64,000 nucleotides of DNA. Origin: Candidatus Aminicenantes bacterium. Its GTDB lineage: Bacteria; Acidobacteriota; Aminicenantia; Aminicenantales; Aminicenantaceae. Numbering within the stretch: the stretch's first letter is position 1; each line of letters begins with the position of its first letter. The stretch lies in contig QMPV01000002.1 in NCBI GenBank assembly GCA_003648765.1, positions 1,128 through 65,127 on the forward strand. Direction: 5' to 3'. The translations under genes and the position numbers were made by a program. The notes below the pieces were generated by a model, which ran no database searches, was not told the DNA's origin, and saw only the letters and a list, made by a program, of their open reading frames with translations. Shown here one piece after another: positions 1 through 9,841 of the stretch.

Positions 1-401
1 ATATCTCCCATTTCTTCTTCTATCTTTTCAGGGTCTTCGCCCTTTTCTAGACGCCGTAAAGCTTCCTCCATGCCCGGACCCAAAGTCAACCCCGTGGCTT
101 CGCTCAACTTGCGCATGAGTTGAGCAGCCTGGCGGGGATCTTCCTCATCCAGATGCTCGGCTTCTTTGGCCAAAAGAGCCATGGCCTGCTCCATTTTATT
201 CTCATCCAGAGGAGGCCAGCCTTCATCTTCTTCCGACTTCTCCCCACTTCCCCGGGAAACCACAGCAAACCGCGAGACTCGCCGCTTCATATCGGGATTG
301 CCGCAACGGGGACACCGAGGGGTTTTACTCGGGTTAACTGTTCGAGAATAAAAATTGAAAATAGTGTGACAGGGTTCACAGTAGAATTCATAAATGGGCA
401 T
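1..401 (-). CDS. FmdB-family zinc-ribbon protein (3' end truncated by window edge)
   Basis: Manual reverse-complement translation from the ATG at 401: MPIYEFYCEPCHTIFNFYSRTVNPSKTPRCPRCGNP... followed by an acidic tail. The CxxC...CxxC zinc-ribbon and the MPIYE(F/Y)xC N-terminus are typical of the FmdB family. Not in the ORF track, presumably because no in-frame stop falls inside the window. Confidence 0.7.
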   Translation of the reverse strand, partial: MPIYEFYCEPCHTIFNFYSRTVNPSKTPRCPRCGNPDMKRRVSRFAVVSRGSGEKSEEDEGWPPLDENKMEQAMALLAKEAEHLDEEDPRQAAQLMRKLSEATGLTLGPGMEEALRRLEKGEDPEKIEEEMGD

Positions 402-665
402 ACCTAATTCTCCTTCCCCCTAAAGTTAATCCTCGTCAACTCCGCTACCTGGAAGCTATCGGGATTAAAATATAAAATTAAACTTTCGCAGTGTCAATAG
501 CTCCACCCTGAGGTTCTAAGAGCAAAAAACGACTTTTATCTTACTTTAATCTTCTTGAAAACCAGTTGTCTTCTTCCAGGATAATTTCCGGAATTGATTC
601 CCGTGAACCTTCCCGCTCCCAATAGCGTTATAATTAATGATTTTCCACGTTCAAAGGAGGTGGTC

Positions 666-1427
666 ATGAAAAGAGTAGTGCTTTTGGCTATCTTTCTTCT
701 TCTTCTTGCTTTCCTGCTTTTCGGCTGGGAAAAAACAAAAGTCTTAACCCTTGAGGTTAAAGGAATAGACCTTCTTGAAATCGACAGCGGAGCTGGTTTC
801 TTGAAAGTGGAGGGAGTGCCTGACCTTTCCCAAATTGAAGTAACCGCCGAAATTATTGTCCGGGGCATGAGGCAGGACAAAGCTGAACGCTTTTGCCAAG
901 AAAGATTGGTTTTGAAGCTAGAAAAATGGGGCCATCGAGCTCGCTTGGTGGGGAAATTCAAGGCCCACTTTTCTCTCTTTAACTGGGGAGAGAAATTCTG
1001 TCATTTAACCGTCCGGGTACCTCAAGAAATCAATCTGTCCATAGACGATAGTTCCGGCCCAATCACTGTTAGTCACATAAAAGGAAATCTTAATCTCGAC
1101 GACAGTTCAGGGGCAATTCTCGTCAGTGATATTGCCGGCGAAGTAGTTATTGAAGACAATTCAGGCGATTTAAAAGTCACTCACATCCAAGGTCCAGTAA
1201 TTATCGACGATGGTTCGGGTGATATTTTTCTGAAAGATATCACTGGCCAGGTCCAAATCGATGACGGTTCCGGGGAAATTCGAGTAGCCCAAGTCAAAGG
1301 TAAAGTCATTATTAGTGATGGCTCAGGTTCCATTTGGGTTAAAGAAGTTGACCAAGACGTCATTATTCAAGAGGCTGGCTCTGGTCAAATCTATTTAGCT
1401 AAAATCAAAGGTCGGATAATTAAATAA
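666..1427 (+). CDS. DUF4097-like putative adhesin / beta-strand repeat protein with N-terminal TM or signal anchor
   Basis: RBS AAAGGAGG 6 nt upstream of the ATG at 666. The listed ORF start at 594 is probably an upstream extension. About seven tandem ~19-aa repeats of the form DDSSG.I.V..I.G.V.I. Confidence 0.65.
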   Translation: MKRVVLLAIFLLLLAFLLFGWEKTKVLTLEVKGIDLLEIDSGAGFLKVEGVPDLSQIEVTAEIIVRGMRQDKAERFCQERLVLKLEKWGHRARLVGKFKAHFSLFNWGEKFCHLTVRVPQEINLSIDDSSGPITVSHIKGNLNLDDSSGAILVSDIAGEVVIEDNSGDLKVTHIQGPVIIDDGSGDIFLKDITGQVQIDDGSGEIRVAQVKGKVIISDGSGSIWVKEVDQDVIIQEAGSGQIYLAKIKGRIIK

Positions 1428-1534
1428 ACCTCCTCTTCTCGAAATCTTTTTAAGTTTTATCCCGTCTGGAAAAAAGAAATATCCTCCTTACTCCCCGTAA
1501 TTTTTCCTTCCGGCCGCAGACTAATTTGTGCTCC

Positions 1535-3838
1535 TTAAAAAGAAAACTCTCCTCCCAAATAAAACGTCCGTGGTTTAGCTGGGCCATAAACATAGCCTGA
1601 ATCCCGATCAACTCCCTTATCCAGGTCCTTTTGAAAAGAATCCAATAAGTTTTCAATGCCCAGAAAGACAGTCAGACGATCTGCGGCGGAAAGATTAATC
1701 TGGCGGCGGAATTTCAAGTTAATGACCCAGAAAGGAGAAGTAGTCTCCAGACGATCTTCTTGGATATATCCAGCATAGTGAGGAGCTTTCATTGAACCTG
1801 TGTATTCTACTGAAGCGTCCAAATGGAACAGCTTAGGATGTTCCCAGCTCAAACTGGAATACCCGTATATTTTCGGTGTTCGGAAGAATTCCCGGGAATT
1901 AAAACGAGGCTCAGGTTCATCCAGCAGACTTCGTTGAAAAGTCCAGCCGGAAGCTAGAGAGAAGCGAGTTCCTAGGCTTAGTCCAAAGTCCACCGAGAAT
2001 CCATAGACTCTAGAGCCTGACCCGTTGATTCTTTCCAAAACTCGAGCTCTTTCAATACGCGCCACTTCTTGGAAAATGAAAGTATCGAGCAAACGATTAT
2101 AAAAACCCTCGATACTGAATTGAATTAGAGTTTTGCCCCTCTGGCGGCCATAGTCAAAGCCGCTGTAAAAACTGTAAGAACGTTCTTCCTTGAGGTCGGG
2201 AGAATTCCTAATCATCAATCCTCCCCCACCAACTTGTTCAATGTGGAGGTCTTCATCAAATACCTGGGGAGCTCTAAAACCTGTGGAAAATGAAGTCCGG
2301 AAACTAAGTTCCTTCATTAGGTTAATGAGGATGCTCAACCGGGGGGTAACAATGATTCGATCCAAGGCTGTATGGCGATTTACGCGAAAGCCCGTTAAAA
2401 TCGAGAATATGCGGCCAATTTTGAAATCGTCTTGGAGAAACAGCCCGCTTTCGTAGTAAACCTGGTCAATCACCCGGTTATAACCAATGGCTTTATCCTG
2501 AATCTTATCACGTTTCAACTGAAAACCAGCTGTAAACACATGTGTGCCCAATTGATAAGTACATTGGCTGTTGAAGAAGAAAAGCGGGTTTTTTGTTTCT
2601 CCGTAAGCATTAGGATCGCGGTGACTACCATAATAGGTATTCCTTTTGGCTTCAACCAGGGAGAAGGAGAGATTGTAATAAAGCTTCTCTGAAAGTGAAT
2701 GAGACCATTCCGAAGAAATAGCCACCTGATCTGTTTTAATCCACTCCGCTGTATCAGCTTCGTGGGGAGGCTTATCGAATAGATTCCCTCCCCGGCGTTC
2801 CTCAAAAATCCGGAATAAACCTAGCTTCAACTTCCCATCAAGGGCAGGAAAGTAATTATAAAGATTTATTCCGAAAGAGGTGTTGGAGAGAAGACCTAAT
2901 TCAGAGAAACCATCATCATTGAGATCTATTGGTTCGCGGCGTTTGTAACTGGCAAACAAATAGGCCTTGGAATTCATATTCTCACTGACTAGACTAGAGC
3001 GGAAGCCTAGGTCAGTATAAGGCTTACCGTCTACCGACTCCTGATGCACTTTTAGAATTGTCCGATTCTCCTGGGGCTCCTTGGTTAAAACATTAATGAC
3101 TCCAGCCACGGCATTGCCTCCATAAAGGGCTGAACCCCCTCCTTTCACAATCTCAATCCGATCCAACATCTCGGCTGGAATCTGCTCCAATCCGTAGACT
3201 CCGGTCATGGCACTGACCACCGGAGAACTGTCGATCAATATCTGAGTATATTTGCCTTCCATGCCGTTGATCCGTACTTGAGTGAAATTGCAATTTTGGC
3301 AATCATTCTCTACGCGGACACCAGTAGTTTGATAGAGAGCTTCCGCTAAATTAGAAGCCACTTTCATTTCTATCTGCCGACTGGAAATGACTTCTGTTTT
3401 GGTTGGAGTTTCCGCGTAAAGTTTTGGTGTCCGGGTGGCTGTCACCACTATTTCTTCGGATAATTTTTTCATCAGAACTATTTCTTGACCATATTTGTCC
3501 TTATCCAGGAAAAAAGGTTCAGATGAATAATCCACAAAACCAGGAGCATAAACTTCCAGATGATATCGTCCCACCGGTACACGGGAAAATCCAAACCGGC
3601 CCTGGCTATCAGTCTCCACTGTTTTCCCTAGCTCAGGCAAAACTACTACTGCTTTGGCCACGGGATGTCCGTCCCAATCCTTGACCACTCCCCGTAAGAC
3701 CAACAATTTCCTGGCCTTTTGGCCATGGCGATACTGGGCTTTCCTTTGCTGGCTAACCATTTGTCCCGGCAGGAAGATGAGACTCGCAATGACCAGCATA
3801 ACTATTATCTTCCGCCTGATAAGCAGGTTTTTTCTCAT
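1535..3838 (-). CDS. TonB-dependent outer-membrane receptor with N-terminal carboxypeptidase-regulatory-like domain
   Basis: Signal peptide, then a CarbopepD_reg-like segment (GVVKDWDGHPVAKAVVVL...TDSQGRFGF), a plug-like region, a long beta-barrel and a C-terminal aromatic residue (GGEFSF). Confidence 0.8.
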   Translation of the reverse strand: MRKNLLIRRKIIVMLVIASLIFLPGQMVSQQRKAQYRHGQKARKLLVLRGVVKDWDGHPVAKAVVVLPELGKTVETDSQGRFGFSRVPVGRYHLEVYAPGFVDYSSEPFFLDKDKYGQEIVLMKKLSEEIVVTATRTPKLYAETPTKTEVISSRQIEMKVASNLAEALYQTTGVRVENDCQNCNFTQVRINGMEGKYTQILIDSSPVVSAMTGVYGLEQIPAEMLDRIEIVKGGGSALYGGNAVAGVINVLTKEPQENRTILKVHQESVDGKPYTDLGFRSSLVSENMNSKAYLFASYKRREPIDLNDDGFSELGLLSNTSFGINLYNYFPALDGKLKLGLFRIFEERRGGNLFDKPPHEADTAEWIKTDQVAISSEWSHSLSEKLYYNLSFSLVEAKRNTYYGSHRDPNAYGETKNPLFFFNSQCTYQLGTHVFTAGFQLKRDKIQDKAIGYNRVIDQVYYESGLFLQDDFKIGRIFSILTGFRVNRHTALDRIIVTPRLSILINLMKELSFRTSFSTGFRAPQVFDEDLHIEQVGGGGLMIRNSPDLKEERSYSFYSGFDYGRQRGKTLIQFSIEGFYNRLLDTFIFQEVARIERARVLERINGSGSRVYGFSVDFGLSLGTRFSLASGWTFQRSLLDEPEPRFNSREFFRTPKIYGYSSLSWEHPKLFHLDASVEYTGSMKAPHYAGYIQEDRLETTSPFWVINLKFRRQINLSAADRLTVFLGIENLLDSFQKDLDKGVDRDSGYVYGPAKPRTFYLGGEFSF

Positions 3839-3926
3839 AATAGCCTCCTTTTAACTCGATAATGCTTCCCCATAGGGAAACAGCCAAAACCGGGAAAGGA
3901 ACAAAGAAATTCAGGCAGGAGAGAAG

Positions 3927-4217
3927 TTAAAAGGAGGGCGGAGACCGGGAAGAAGGGGCGATGACAATAAAAAAGGTGGGCTCAATTTCAGCTCGAAGAT
4001 AAATATAAGAGGTCCAGATAAGCGGAGCCAGAAAGAAAAAATTAATCTGATTGGTGGTCAAAGAAGAGCGTAAAAACTGGCAGGCGGGACAATTCTCAGT
4101 ATCCTGAAGTGTCTTCTCGGTGTGGAGATAGTCAACGGCCAGGACGGTCAAAAGAAAGAGGGATAGAAAAATTATATGAAAATATATTCTTTTATTGCGT
4201 CTTGCCGGATTCAACAT
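3927..4217 (-). CDS. hypothetical small membrane protein
   Basis: 96-aa ORF with one hydrophobic helix and a CPAC motif, immediately upstream of and co-directional with the TonB receptor. No recognisable family. Confidence 0.3.
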   Translation of the reverse strand: MLNPARRNKRIYFHIIFLSLFLLTVLAVDYLHTEKTLQDTENCPACQFLRSSLTTNQINFFFLAPLIWTSYIYLRAEIEPTFFIVIAPSSRSPPSF

Positions 4218-4692
4218 TGACCTTTATTTTTAGGCTTTTCGAGGAAAAATGTCAAGAATATCATCCTTCATATATCTCCCCTCCCCACCCCCCGAAAAAG
4301 GTGAAAAGAATTAATCCTCTTAAGAAATTTCTCTTCCCCTCTATGGCCAACTCTGAGTTCCGAGGATCAAACCATCTTTTCCTGCTTCCTACTTGAGTAA
4401 CACCTTCTTTTTTTTTAAACGCCACAAATTATATTTTCGTTAGCCTAAAACTAGATAAATCCCTTGAATTCAGCCATCCTCACCCGCTGTCAAAAATTGT
4501 TTTTTCCTCTGAGACAAGAAGACAACATCACTCAACTATCAGAATACATCACCCCTTCCCAGCCAACTGCTCGACCAAAAGGGATAGTTAACTCTAGGGG
4601 CTAATCGGCGAACAAAACAAAGAGAAGAAAGGCTCTCTAGGAAAGGCCTTTTATAAATGTTGGCTGATCTAACACATTCGGGAGCCAGAGCC

Positions 4693-5103
4693 TTAGGGAT
4701 TTTCCCAGGTACAATTGAAGCGATGCCAAGTCACCCCGGTCCAACTTCCGGCAGGATCAAGCCCCTCTAGACGCGAATACGCAAAACGCCAGATAATATA
4801 AGCTACGTAATTGTGCTCCTGACTATCTATATCAGCCACATAGGCATTAACCGGTTCAAACTCAACTTCTCCCACTCCTCCCTCTTTCAACGAGGCAAAG
4901 TAACGGGCAATTCCCTTCCGGCCGGCCATCGTGGCTCCCTCGGGGGAAACAAAGATAGCCCTTTCTCCGATGATTTCCCCCATTTCCTCAAAGCGTGACT
5001 CCAGGAAAAATTGCTGCAGATTCTCCTGCTCACTCTCAACCTTGGCCTCCAGAGTTTTGAACGCTTCCGGATCAAGTCGACCCACAATTATTTTCTCAAT
5101 CAT
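4693..5103 (-). CDS. NTF2-like / SnoaL-like (DUF4440-type) small protein
   Basis: 136 aa, with the alpha+beta NTF2-like pattern (IEKIIVGRLD...YVAYIIWRFAY...GSWTGVTWHRF). Its start codon overlaps the kinase stop (TAATG). Confidence 0.5.
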   Translation of the reverse strand: MIEKIIVGRLDPEAFKTLEAKVESEQENLQQFFLESRFEEMGEIIGERAIFVSPEGATMAGRKGIARYFASLKEGGVGEVEFEPVNAYVADIDSQEHNYVAYIIWRFAYSRLEGLDPAGSWTGVTWHRFNCTWENP

Positions 5104-7799
5104 TATTTTCCTCCTAAATTTTTATTATCAAACATCTTCAGTGATTGAAGATATCGTTGATATTTCCGGCGTTCTGCCTCCAACAGCTCTTTAAACTGAG
5201 CCTCTTCCCCCAAACTGGCCAAGCCGGGGTTGTTAATCAAATAGATATAAGGGAAAAGATTCTCGCCGACTTCCTCCATCCCTCTGGCTATGCCTTCTTT
5301 AATGGTTCGCACTGCCTCCTTTTTCATTCCCAGAAGAGCATAAATATTAGCCACTTCCTCATGAAAGACTGAAGCAGTTCCCATCAATCTTAGGGCTTTT
5401 TCCTTCTCCCCGAGCAAGGCTGAAAGCCAGGCTCGCCCCAGAGAAACATGGAGGCTGCCGGGGTGAAGTCGTTCAGCCATATCCAGAACAACCCGAGCTG
5501 CCTGATATTTCCCCTGACGAAGAAGATTGCGGGCTCTCAGAATATAAAAACGGTAATTATCGGGTTGGAGCCTTAATCCTTTCTGAAGATAGACCTCGGC
5601 CTCGGAGTATTTCCCTTGATAAATAAAACAGGTAGCCCCCAACTCATAGATAATGGCCGAAGTAGGATTGATGACCAGGGCTCTTTCATAAAAAACCGAG
5701 GCTTGGGGATACAAACCAAGGGAGCGGAGAAAAGAAGCTATATCATAATTGACATCAAAATTAGTGGGGTCCAACCGCTGGGCTCGGGCAAAACTCCGAA
5801 AGGCTTGGTTGATTTTCTGGCGGTAAAAAAACGACCAGCCCAAACCAAGGTTGGCTTCGGGAAGCTCAGGGGCGATTTGATGGGCCTGTAAATAATACCG
5901 GAGCATCAAATCATAATCTTTCCTTTCCTTTTTTAAATTAAAGCGACATTCATAAGCGTTACCCAGACCCCAGTAGGCCAAGGCAAATGATTTATCCAAG
6001 CGAATGGTCTCCAAAAGTCCCTCCAAAGCCAGGCGGAAATACTTTTCCTCCCGAGTCTGGTAATACAATTCAATCAGGCGAGTGCTGTTTAAATACTTTT
6101 TGAAAGCGGTGACATCCACTGCCTCCTTGGCCTTGACCAGCTCAGCCCCCTCTTGGAACAAATGGAGATTAAGTTTTTGAGAAATCCCCCGGGCGATCTC
6201 ATCTTGCACTTTAAAAATACTCCCCAAACTTCCTTCATAGGGATAAGCCCAGATGATGGATTTGTCCCTAGTATCAATCAACCGGGAATTAACTCTAATT
6301 TTATCTCCTTCGACCAATAAGCCTGTCTCAAGAATAAGGCCGACCTCAAGCTCACGGCCGATTGCTTCAACATCATAATCAGAGCGTTGATACTTCATCA
6401 CCGCCTGCTTGGAGAGGACTTTTAACTCGGGAAACTGAACCCGCAATTTGGTAATTACTCCATCCAGGATGCCCTCACAAAAAATGCCCTGATTCTTTTG
6501 TAAACTTAAATCTTTAATTGGTAAGACCGCTATTGAATTTTTCCATTTCTGGGGAAAAGAAGAGAGTTGAATCGGCCGAGCTTCTTCTGGAGAATAACTC
6601 GTCAAATTAGAAAAGATCAACGCATCACAATAAAGGCTGACCATAATTATGACGGGGATAAGGAAATACTCCACCTTTAACCGGCGCGGTCTTCTGATTC
6701 CCCGGAACCATTGCCAGATAAGAGCCACTAATAAGGCTCCGCCAATCGAGACGAGGGTAATATCCAAAGTACCCTCAGGAAAATGATAATGATCGATTAA
6801 AATCCAGTGGACAAATTCCCAGAGCACGGCTCCCCCACCGATAAAAACCGCCAGAGTATGAATAATCTTTCTTTCCTTGAGCAGCCTCACCAATCTTTGC
6901 CATTTGGATCGAACAACCAAGGGAAAGATCATGGTTCTTTTATCAGAAGGCTCCCTAACGTCAACCGTAGGAATCTCCTTCTCTAGAGATTCCAACTCCT
7001 GGAGAACCGCTTCTACACTGCGAGGGCGGTGGGCCGGCTCCCACTCCAACAATCTGAGAATGAGTCGGGCTAATCTGTCGGAGACAGCCGGGTTGATTTC
7101 CTGGGGGGAAGGAGGTTTTGGGAAAGCGGGGGCGTCCGGATTGCTTAAAGAAGATATCTTGCGAAATGGCTTTCTACCGGTGAGCATTTCATATAAAATA
7201 ACGCCCAACGAAAACAAATCCGTCCGCATATCACCTTTTTCCCCGGCCACCTGTTCGGGGGCTGAATAGTCAGAAAAACGGGCCCTAGACCCAAGTTTTT
7301 TTCTTTTGTCTGGCAGACAGACTCCAAAATCCATAATCTTAGCGTTTCCCTGGCGGTCGATAATAATATTCTGGGGTTTAAGTCCCCGGTGAATCACCCC
7401 CATCCGATGTCCTTCCTGAAGCCCTCGACAGAGTTGAATAGCTAGAGAAACAGCTTTTTTTATGGTGAAAGGTCCCAGACGGTCCAGGGAATTTTTCAGA
7501 TTCTCTCCTTCAATATATTCCATCTTGATGTAATAAACATCATCTTGTCTTTCCAAATCATAGATTCGACAAATGTTACGATGGGACACCCGGCGAGCCA
7601 ATCTAATCTCCGCCCAGATACGCTCCACGCTCTTGGGGTGGGTGATAATCTGGGGATGAAGAAACTTAAGGGCCACAAATTCCCTCGCTTGCTTATCATA
7701 GGCTTTATAAACTTGACCGACTCCCCCTTCCCCTAATTTCTCCATAATGAGAAATCTTTCTCCAAAAACTTGGCCAACTGAGATGGACAATTTTTTCAT
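5103..7799 (-). CDS. Ser/Thr protein kinase with three TM helices, TolB-N-like domain and C-terminal TPR repeats
   Basis: Hanks kinase motifs are present (GEGGVGQVYKA, HRGLKPQNIII, DFG, APE). Hydrophobic segments follow. Next comes a TolB-N-like block (IAVLPIKDLS...FCEGILDGVITKL...IGRELEVGLILETGLLVEGDKIRVNSRLIDTRDKSIIWA). Multiple TPR-like repeats run to the C-terminus. Confidence 0.85.
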   Translation of the reverse strand: MKKLSISVGQVFGERFLIMEKLGEGGVGQVYKAYDKQAREFVALKFLHPQIITHPKSVERIWAEIRLARRVSHRNICRIYDLERQDDVYYIKMEYIEGENLKNSLDRLGPFTIKKAVSLAIQLCRGLQEGHRMGVIHRGLKPQNIIIDRQGNAKIMDFGVCLPDKRKKLGSRARFSDYSAPEQVAGEKGDMRTDLFSLGVILYEMLTGRKPFRKISSLSNPDAPAFPKPPSPQEINPAVSDRLARLILRLLEWEPAHRPRSVEAVLQELESLEKEIPTVDVREPSDKRTMIFPLVVRSKWQRLVRLLKERKIIHTLAVFIGGGAVLWEFVHWILIDHYHFPEGTLDITLVSIGGALLVALIWQWFRGIRRPRRLKVEYFLIPVIIMVSLYCDALIFSNLTSYSPEEARPIQLSSFPQKWKNSIAVLPIKDLSLQKNQGIFCEGILDGVITKLRVQFPELKVLSKQAVMKYQRSDYDVEAIGRELEVGLILETGLLVEGDKIRVNSRLIDTRDKSIIWAYPYEGSLGSIFKVQDEIARGISQKLNLHLFQEGAELVKAKEAVDVTAFKKYLNSTRLIELYYQTREEKYFRLALEGLLETIRLDKSFALAYWGLGNAYECRFNLKKERKDYDLMLRYYLQAHQIAPELPEANLGLGWSFFYRQKINQAFRSFARAQRLDPTNFDVNYDIASFLRSLGLYPQASVFYERALVINPTSAIIYELGATCFIYQGKYSEAEVYLQKGLRLQPDNYRFYILRARNLLRQGKYQAARVVLDMAERLHPGSLHVSLGRAWLSALLGEKEKALRLMGTASVFHEEVANIYALLGMKKEAVRTIKEGIARGMEEVGENLFPYIYLINNPGLASLGEEAQFKELLEAERRKYQRYLQSLKMFDNKNLGGK

Positions 7800-8338
7800 T
7801 TTTTAAAAAAGAAGGCCTGCCGCCGTTAATAGCTTAATTATCCCTCTCCCGACTCTTCAGCCTAAAGGAGGAAATTAGGCCGCTATCTCAGTAGAAAATG
7901 GGCTTTTTATCTTATTTCCCCATTGAGTAATATAATATATTTTTTAAAAAAAAGATAGTTTAAATATAGTTAAGAATAATTAAAGGCCTCTGTAGTTGGC
8001 TTTTCCTCTCCACTAAGCTGAGCCAGAAGGCTCCTTTATTTAAATGAATTTAAATGAGAAAAAATATTAATTTTGCCCAGATTTATTTTGCTTTTGACAG
8101 TCCGCTCTCCAATCATCTTCTCTCTGTCCTTAGTTTAAGAGAAAAGATTTCCTTAAGGAATAAAATGACGGCCGGAAAAACACAAGAATTCGGTTCAGAT
8201 TGATTTCGCTTTCTAGGTTACCAATAACACGCTTTAAACCTTTTCTCTATCCAGAAGGGCTTCTCCCTACGAATCTATTTAATAATGGAAGCACTCACCA
8301 TTCTTGGGGACTCATCAAGAGACACCCTGGACGGTAAA

Positions 8339-9832
8339 TTATTTCCCCTGCCCGGCTTTTTTCGGGGGAGGGGGAATAGTAATATCTATTTTAGTTACTG
8401 GCCCTAGCACCTCGAGTGATTGGTCAAAATTCTGGGGATTACCTACCACCAGAATCTGGACTTGGTCGGGCCTTAAATACTTCCGGGCGACCCGCAAGAC
8501 GTCCTTTTTGGTGACCCGCTCCACCTGTTTCTTTAATCGCTCCATAAAATCGAGAGGATAGCCGAAATAAGCGTAGGTCAATATCCGGCTCAAAATTTTT
8601 GTCTTGCTGTCAAAATTAAAAACAAAACCGTTGAGATACTGATCCTTGGCCCGTCGCAGCTCTTCATCTGTCACCTCTTCCTGGGTAATACGCTTCAACT
8701 CCTGGAGCATTAATTTGATGGCGTAAACCGTGGACTCCGACTTGGTCTGAGCCCCGCAACTGAATATGCCCGGCACCGCGTAGCCCGCCCCATAACGTCC
8801 CCAAACACTGTAGGCCAGGCCCTCGTCGGTGCGAATCTTTTTAAACATCCTTTCCAGGGACAGAATCGAATTCATGATAATCAACGCTGGATAATCGGGA
8901 TTGTTCATCAGCCCGCCGATATGTCCCAGCATGATGTTGGACTGATTGACATCGGGCTTTTCGATCAGATTCACCCGATAGACATAATTATATTTAACTG
9001 GGGGAAAAGAAGGTACTTTGACTTTTTTAGCTGGCCATTGACCTAGAGTCTTCTCTAATTTGGCCTTCATCCTGGGGACCTGAAAATCTCCCACCACCGC
9101 CAGTAACATATTATCAGGAGAGAAATATTTCTGATAAAAATTGAGGATATCTTCTCGGGTGATGGAGTCAATGGTGGCGTACTCCGGATGACGGGCATAG
9201 GGGCTTTTGGCTCCGTAAATCAATTTAGCAAACTCCCGTTGGGTTATCTGACCAACATCGTCATTGCGGCGGGCAATATAAGATTTTTGTTTTATTTTAG
9301 CCAGTTGGATTTTATCCTCCCTGAAGGCCGGATTCATCAAGATATCTGCCAGCAGGGAGAGAACTTTTTCTAAATCGTCTTTCATTAGGGAAACATAAAT
9401 ATAGCCTGAGGTCTGACCGATGGAAGTTTCAATCGAGGCCGCTATTTGTTCGAGGATCTGGTCAATTTCATCCCCAGAAAGATTCTTAGTGCCACCGGTC
9501 CGCAACACCTCTCCGGTGATAGCTGCCAACCCCAACTTGTTTTCGGGTTCAAAAACCGAGCCGGTCCGGACCAAAGCTCGCATCTCAATGGTGGGAAATT
9601 CATGGTCTTCCACTAAAAACACCCGTAACCCGTTGCTTAACTTAACTTGTTCTATTGGCGGCACCTGAATGGGATTAAGCGGGGGATAGATAAATTTATC
9701 TTTAGGGCTTTTTTGAGCCCAGAGGGCTATTGAACTAAGAGCTATCAGGAGAATCAGCCCGATTATGCCTGCTTTTGTGAACCTCTTTACTTTTAGGCTA
9801 ACAAACTGAGTAATGTCTCTTTTCATGACCAC
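8339..9832 (-). CDS. M16-family (pitrilysin-like) peptidase, non-catalytic-type subunit, secreted
   Basis: Signal peptide, M16 N- and C-domain architecture, and no HxxEH motif. Paired with the neighbouring M16 gene. Confidence 0.75.
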   Translation of the reverse strand: MVMKRDITQFVSLKVKRFTKAGIIGLILLIALSSIALWAQKSPKDKFIYPPLNPIQVPPIEQVKLSNGLRVFLVEDHEFPTIEMRALVRTGSVFEPENKLGLAAITGEVLRTGGTKNLSGDEIDQILEQIAASIETSIGQTSGYIYVSLMKDDLEKVLSLLADILMNPAFREDKIQLAKIKQKSYIARRNDDVGQITQREFAKLIYGAKSPYARHPEYATIDSITREDILNFYQKYFSPDNMLLAVVGDFQVPRMKAKLEKTLGQWPAKKVKVPSFPPVKYNYVYRVNLIEKPDVNQSNIMLGHIGGLMNNPDYPALIIMNSILSLERMFKKIRTDEGLAYSVWGRYGAGYAVPGIFSCGAQTKSESTVYAIKLMLQELKRITQEEVTDEELRRAKDQYLNGFVFNFDSKTKILSRILTYAYFGYPLDFMERLKKQVERVTKKDVLRVARKYLRPDQVQILVVGNPQNFDQSLEVLGPVTKIDITIPPPPKKAGQGK

Positions 9833-9841
9833 TGCCTCCTC

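Noticed and set aside
120-407. Plus-strand ORFs 120..407 and 166..351
   Set aside because: They run antisense to the FmdB zinc-ribbon gene (minus, 1..401), which has clear family motifs. Their products are low-complexity with no RBS.
536-961. Minus-strand 141-aa ORF
   Set aside because: Overlaps the RBS-supported, repeat-bearing DUF4097-like gene on the plus strand. Arg/Lys-rich shadow frame.
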